IMG/VR virus record: IMGVR_UViG_3300004481_001118
Direction: 5' to 3' (one strand)
Origin: a virus
Length of the DNA stretch: 23,773 bases
Made by a program: the position numbers and the translations under genes. The stretch's first letter is position 1; each line of letters starts with the position of its first letter. Under the pieces are notes generated by a model. That model searched no databases. It saw only the letters and a list, made by a program, of their open reading frames with translations, and had not been told where the DNA came from. Of the stretch, positions 21,827 through 23,773 are shown piece after piece.

Positions 21827-23441
21827 TTCCTTCCTCACAGACAACCGCATCAAGCGACAGGAATGTCACAGCAACAGATGCCGCGTGTTTAAGCGCTGTC
21901 CTCGTCACCTTGACCGGATCGACAACACCCGCTGTGATGAGGTCAACATACGTTCCTCTTGCTGCATCGTAACCCAGGTTGAGTCCTGGTTGTCTGAGGC
22001 GTGATAGTTCACCCAAGACAACGTCAGCAGTTGCACCTGCATTCTCAACGATCCTGCGCAAGGGTGCAAGACACGATTTCATCACGAGTGCCGCACCCAT
22101 CTGTTCATCATCGGGCACTCCACCAGCGAGTTCTCCACCCAAGACACGATGAACGTTCACCAACGCCATCCCACCGCCCGGGACGATGCCCTCCTCGGCG
22201 GCAGCACGGGTTGCGTTGAGCGCGTCCTCGATCCTGTACTTACGCTCGACCATCTCTACCTCGGTCACACCTCCGACACGTATGATCGCAACCCCGCTCG
22301 CGAGCTTGGCGATCCTGTGTTTGAGTTTCAACGTCTCTTCCGCACCGAGCGTGACGTCTTCGAGTTGGAGTCTGAGGTCAGACACGTGTTTTTCAACAGC
22401 GTCTCTCGTCGCACCAGTGCCGACTAGCGTTGATGATTTGGCGTCAACGACAACCTTTTTGAGCTTACCGAGTGTTGAGATCTCAGCCTTGTCCAGACCG
22501 ATGCCCGTCGCGCTCGAGACCAACGTCGCACCTGTTAGGACACAGATGTCACGTAGTAGTTCATCCCTGTGTTGACCGTACCCAGGTGCCTTGATCGCGA
22601 CGACAGGAAGGTTTGACTTGACACGGTTCAACACGAGCCCCTGGAGCGCGTCACCATCCACGTCGTCGGCAACGATGAGCAACGATTTCTGTGACTGCAC
22701 AACACGTTCGAGCAACGGGATCAGATCACGTAGGTTGCTGAGCTTCTTGTCTGTCACGAGAACGAGCGCATCGCTGTACGTTACAGTCATGCGTTCAGGG
22801 TTTGTCACGAAGTACGGTGAGAGGTAACCGCGGTCGAACTGCATGCCCTCGACAACGTCAAGCGTTGTCGCCATGCCCTTGGCATCCTCGACGGTGATGA
22901 TGCCATCACGGCCCACCTTGTCCATCGCCTCTGCGATCAGCTTACCTATGACAGCGTCACCGTTCGCGGAGATCGTGCCCACCTGTGCGATCTCATCTGA
23001 CGTTGTCAACTGCTTAGCAGCCAGGACGAGTTCTGCGTCAACCCGTGCACACGCCCGTTCGATTCCCTTACACAGTTCACGTGCTGGGTACCCTGCGTCG
23101 AGGAGCTTCAGCCCTTCCTTGACCATCGCATGTGTTAGCACGGTCGCCGTCGTTGTTCCATCACCCGCAACATCGTTTGTTTGTGAAGCAGACTCTCTGA
23201 TCAAGTCGGCACCCATCCTCTCAACGGGATCCTTGAGCTTGATTGACTTACTCACGGTCACACCGTCCTTCGTAACAAGGGGCGCGTCACCTTGACGTTG
23301 GATCAGAACAGTCTTTCCCTTTGGACCTAGCGTGCAGCCTACTGCTTCTGCTGCGATGCTCAGGCCCTTGAACAATCGCTTACGTGCTTCGTTTGAAAAG
23401 ATGACCTTGGTCGTTGTTTGAGGATTCTCGTGAAAGTTCAT
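21804..23441 (-). CDS. groEL: GroEL-type (group I) chaperonin, phage-like (no GGM tail, no adjacent GroES)
   Basis: GPKGKTVLI...PLVTKDGVTV...AGDGTTTATVL and collinear equatorial, intermediate and apical segments. 545 aa. C-terminus ends ...EEGTDDATRE without Gly-Gly-Met repeats. Confidence 0.9.
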   Translation of the reverse strand: MNFHENPQTTTKVIFSNEARKRLFKGLSIAAEAVGCTLGPKGKTVLIQRQGDAPLVTKDGVTVSKSIKLKDPVERMGADLIRESASQTNDVAGDGTTTATVLTHAMVKEGLKLLDAGYPARELCKGIERACARVDAELVLAAKQLTTSDEIAQVGTISANGDAVIGKLIAEAMDKVGRDGIITVEDAKGMATTLDVVEGMQFDRGYLSPYFVTNPERMTVTYSDALVLVTDKKLSNLRDLIPLLERVVQSQKSLLIVADDVDGDALQGLVLNRVKSNLPVVAIKAPGYGQHRDELLRDICVLTGATLVSSATGIGLDKAEISTLGKLKKVVVDAKSSTLVGTGATRDAVEKHVSDLRLQLEDVTLGAEETLKLKHRIAKLASGVAIIRVGGVTEVEMVERKYRIEDALNATRAAAEEGIVPGGGMALVNVHRVLGGELAGGVPDDEQMGAALVMKSCLAPLRRIVENAGATADVVLGELSRLRQPGLNLGYDAARGTYVDLITAGVVDPVKVTRTALKHAASVAVTFLSLDAVVCEEGTDDATRE

Positions 23442-23478
23442 GCACCAAATCTACTATGCTTGATGCAGCGTGTACACG

Positions 23479-23763
23479 TTAACAGTTCTTTGTGACCTTG
23501 ATGTAGATGGGATTTCCCCTTTTCCACGCGATCGCAATCATGCCGTTCCTGTAGTCCTCGATCATTGCCATGATGATGAGTTTCTGTTGCGGGTCATTGA
23601 CGTTAGCTGCATAACGTAACAATCGATGCTCGTTGAAGTCAACGATCTTCTTCTGCATGCCAGCGAGTATGTTTTGCTGTGACTTGTGCAACGCAAAGTC
23701 AGTGCACATTCCCTTCTCTAGCTTCGTGCCGTCAGAACCTCGTGTTGCCATCTCCAACTTCAT
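23479..23763 (-). CDS. hypothetical protein upstream of the chaperonin (not GroES)
   Basis: 94-aa ORF. Start ATG at 23763 lies inside the window. No GroES similarity. Confidence 0.45.
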   Translation of the reverse strand: MKLEMATRGSDGTKLEKGMCTDFALHKSQQNILAGMQKKIVDFNEHRLLRYAANVNDPQQKLIIMAMIEDYRNGMIAIAWKRGNPIYIKVTKNC

Positions 23764-23773
23764 GATAAGTACC

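Noticed and set aside
22843-23295. 150-aa + strand ORF, plus other + ORFs in 22001..22827
   Set aside because: Antisense to the GroEL-type chaperonin. The Ser/Ala/Thr-rich translation is typical of the reverse frame of a GroEL gene.

Overview
This window is densely packed, mostly + strand coding DNA of prokaryotic virus type, most likely from a huge or jumbo phage or a related bacterial mobile element. Stop/start junctions are very often ATGA, GTGA or TGATG overlaps, with GTG and TTG starts in use. Shine-Dalgarno motifs are visible, for example AGGAGG 8 nt before the ATG at 5683 and GAGGAAGG before 21826. Confidently recognisable genes are a full-length major vault protein homolog (6530..9196), methionine aminopeptidase (13449..14189), a GIY-YIG/NUMOD3 homing endonuclease immediately after it (14158..15036), a PPP-type phosphatase (16659..17456), translation initiation factor IF-1 (minus strand, about 17626..17826) and a GroEL-type chaperonin without an adjacent GroES (minus strand, 21804..23441). 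The dominant feature is a tandem array of more than 30 small (about 80-110 aa), highly diverged paralogous genes. They share an N-terminal hydrophobic-P-G-x-h-h-x-h motif and a C-terminal G-x-G-W-(I/F/L) motif. The array occupies about 1.4-6.2 kb and 9.3-12.8 kb, with outliers at 15.8-16.6, 18.5 and 20.0-21.1 kb. The MVP gene sits between the two halves as a stand-alone unit with its own upstream spacer and a downstream GC hairpin. A eukaryote-type vault shell protein embedded in a phage paralog array is the most unusual thing here. Homology is read from the translations by eye, with no database search possible. Gene boundaries in the GC-rich first 1.5 kb are uncertain. No rRNA, tRNA or CRISPR was seen.
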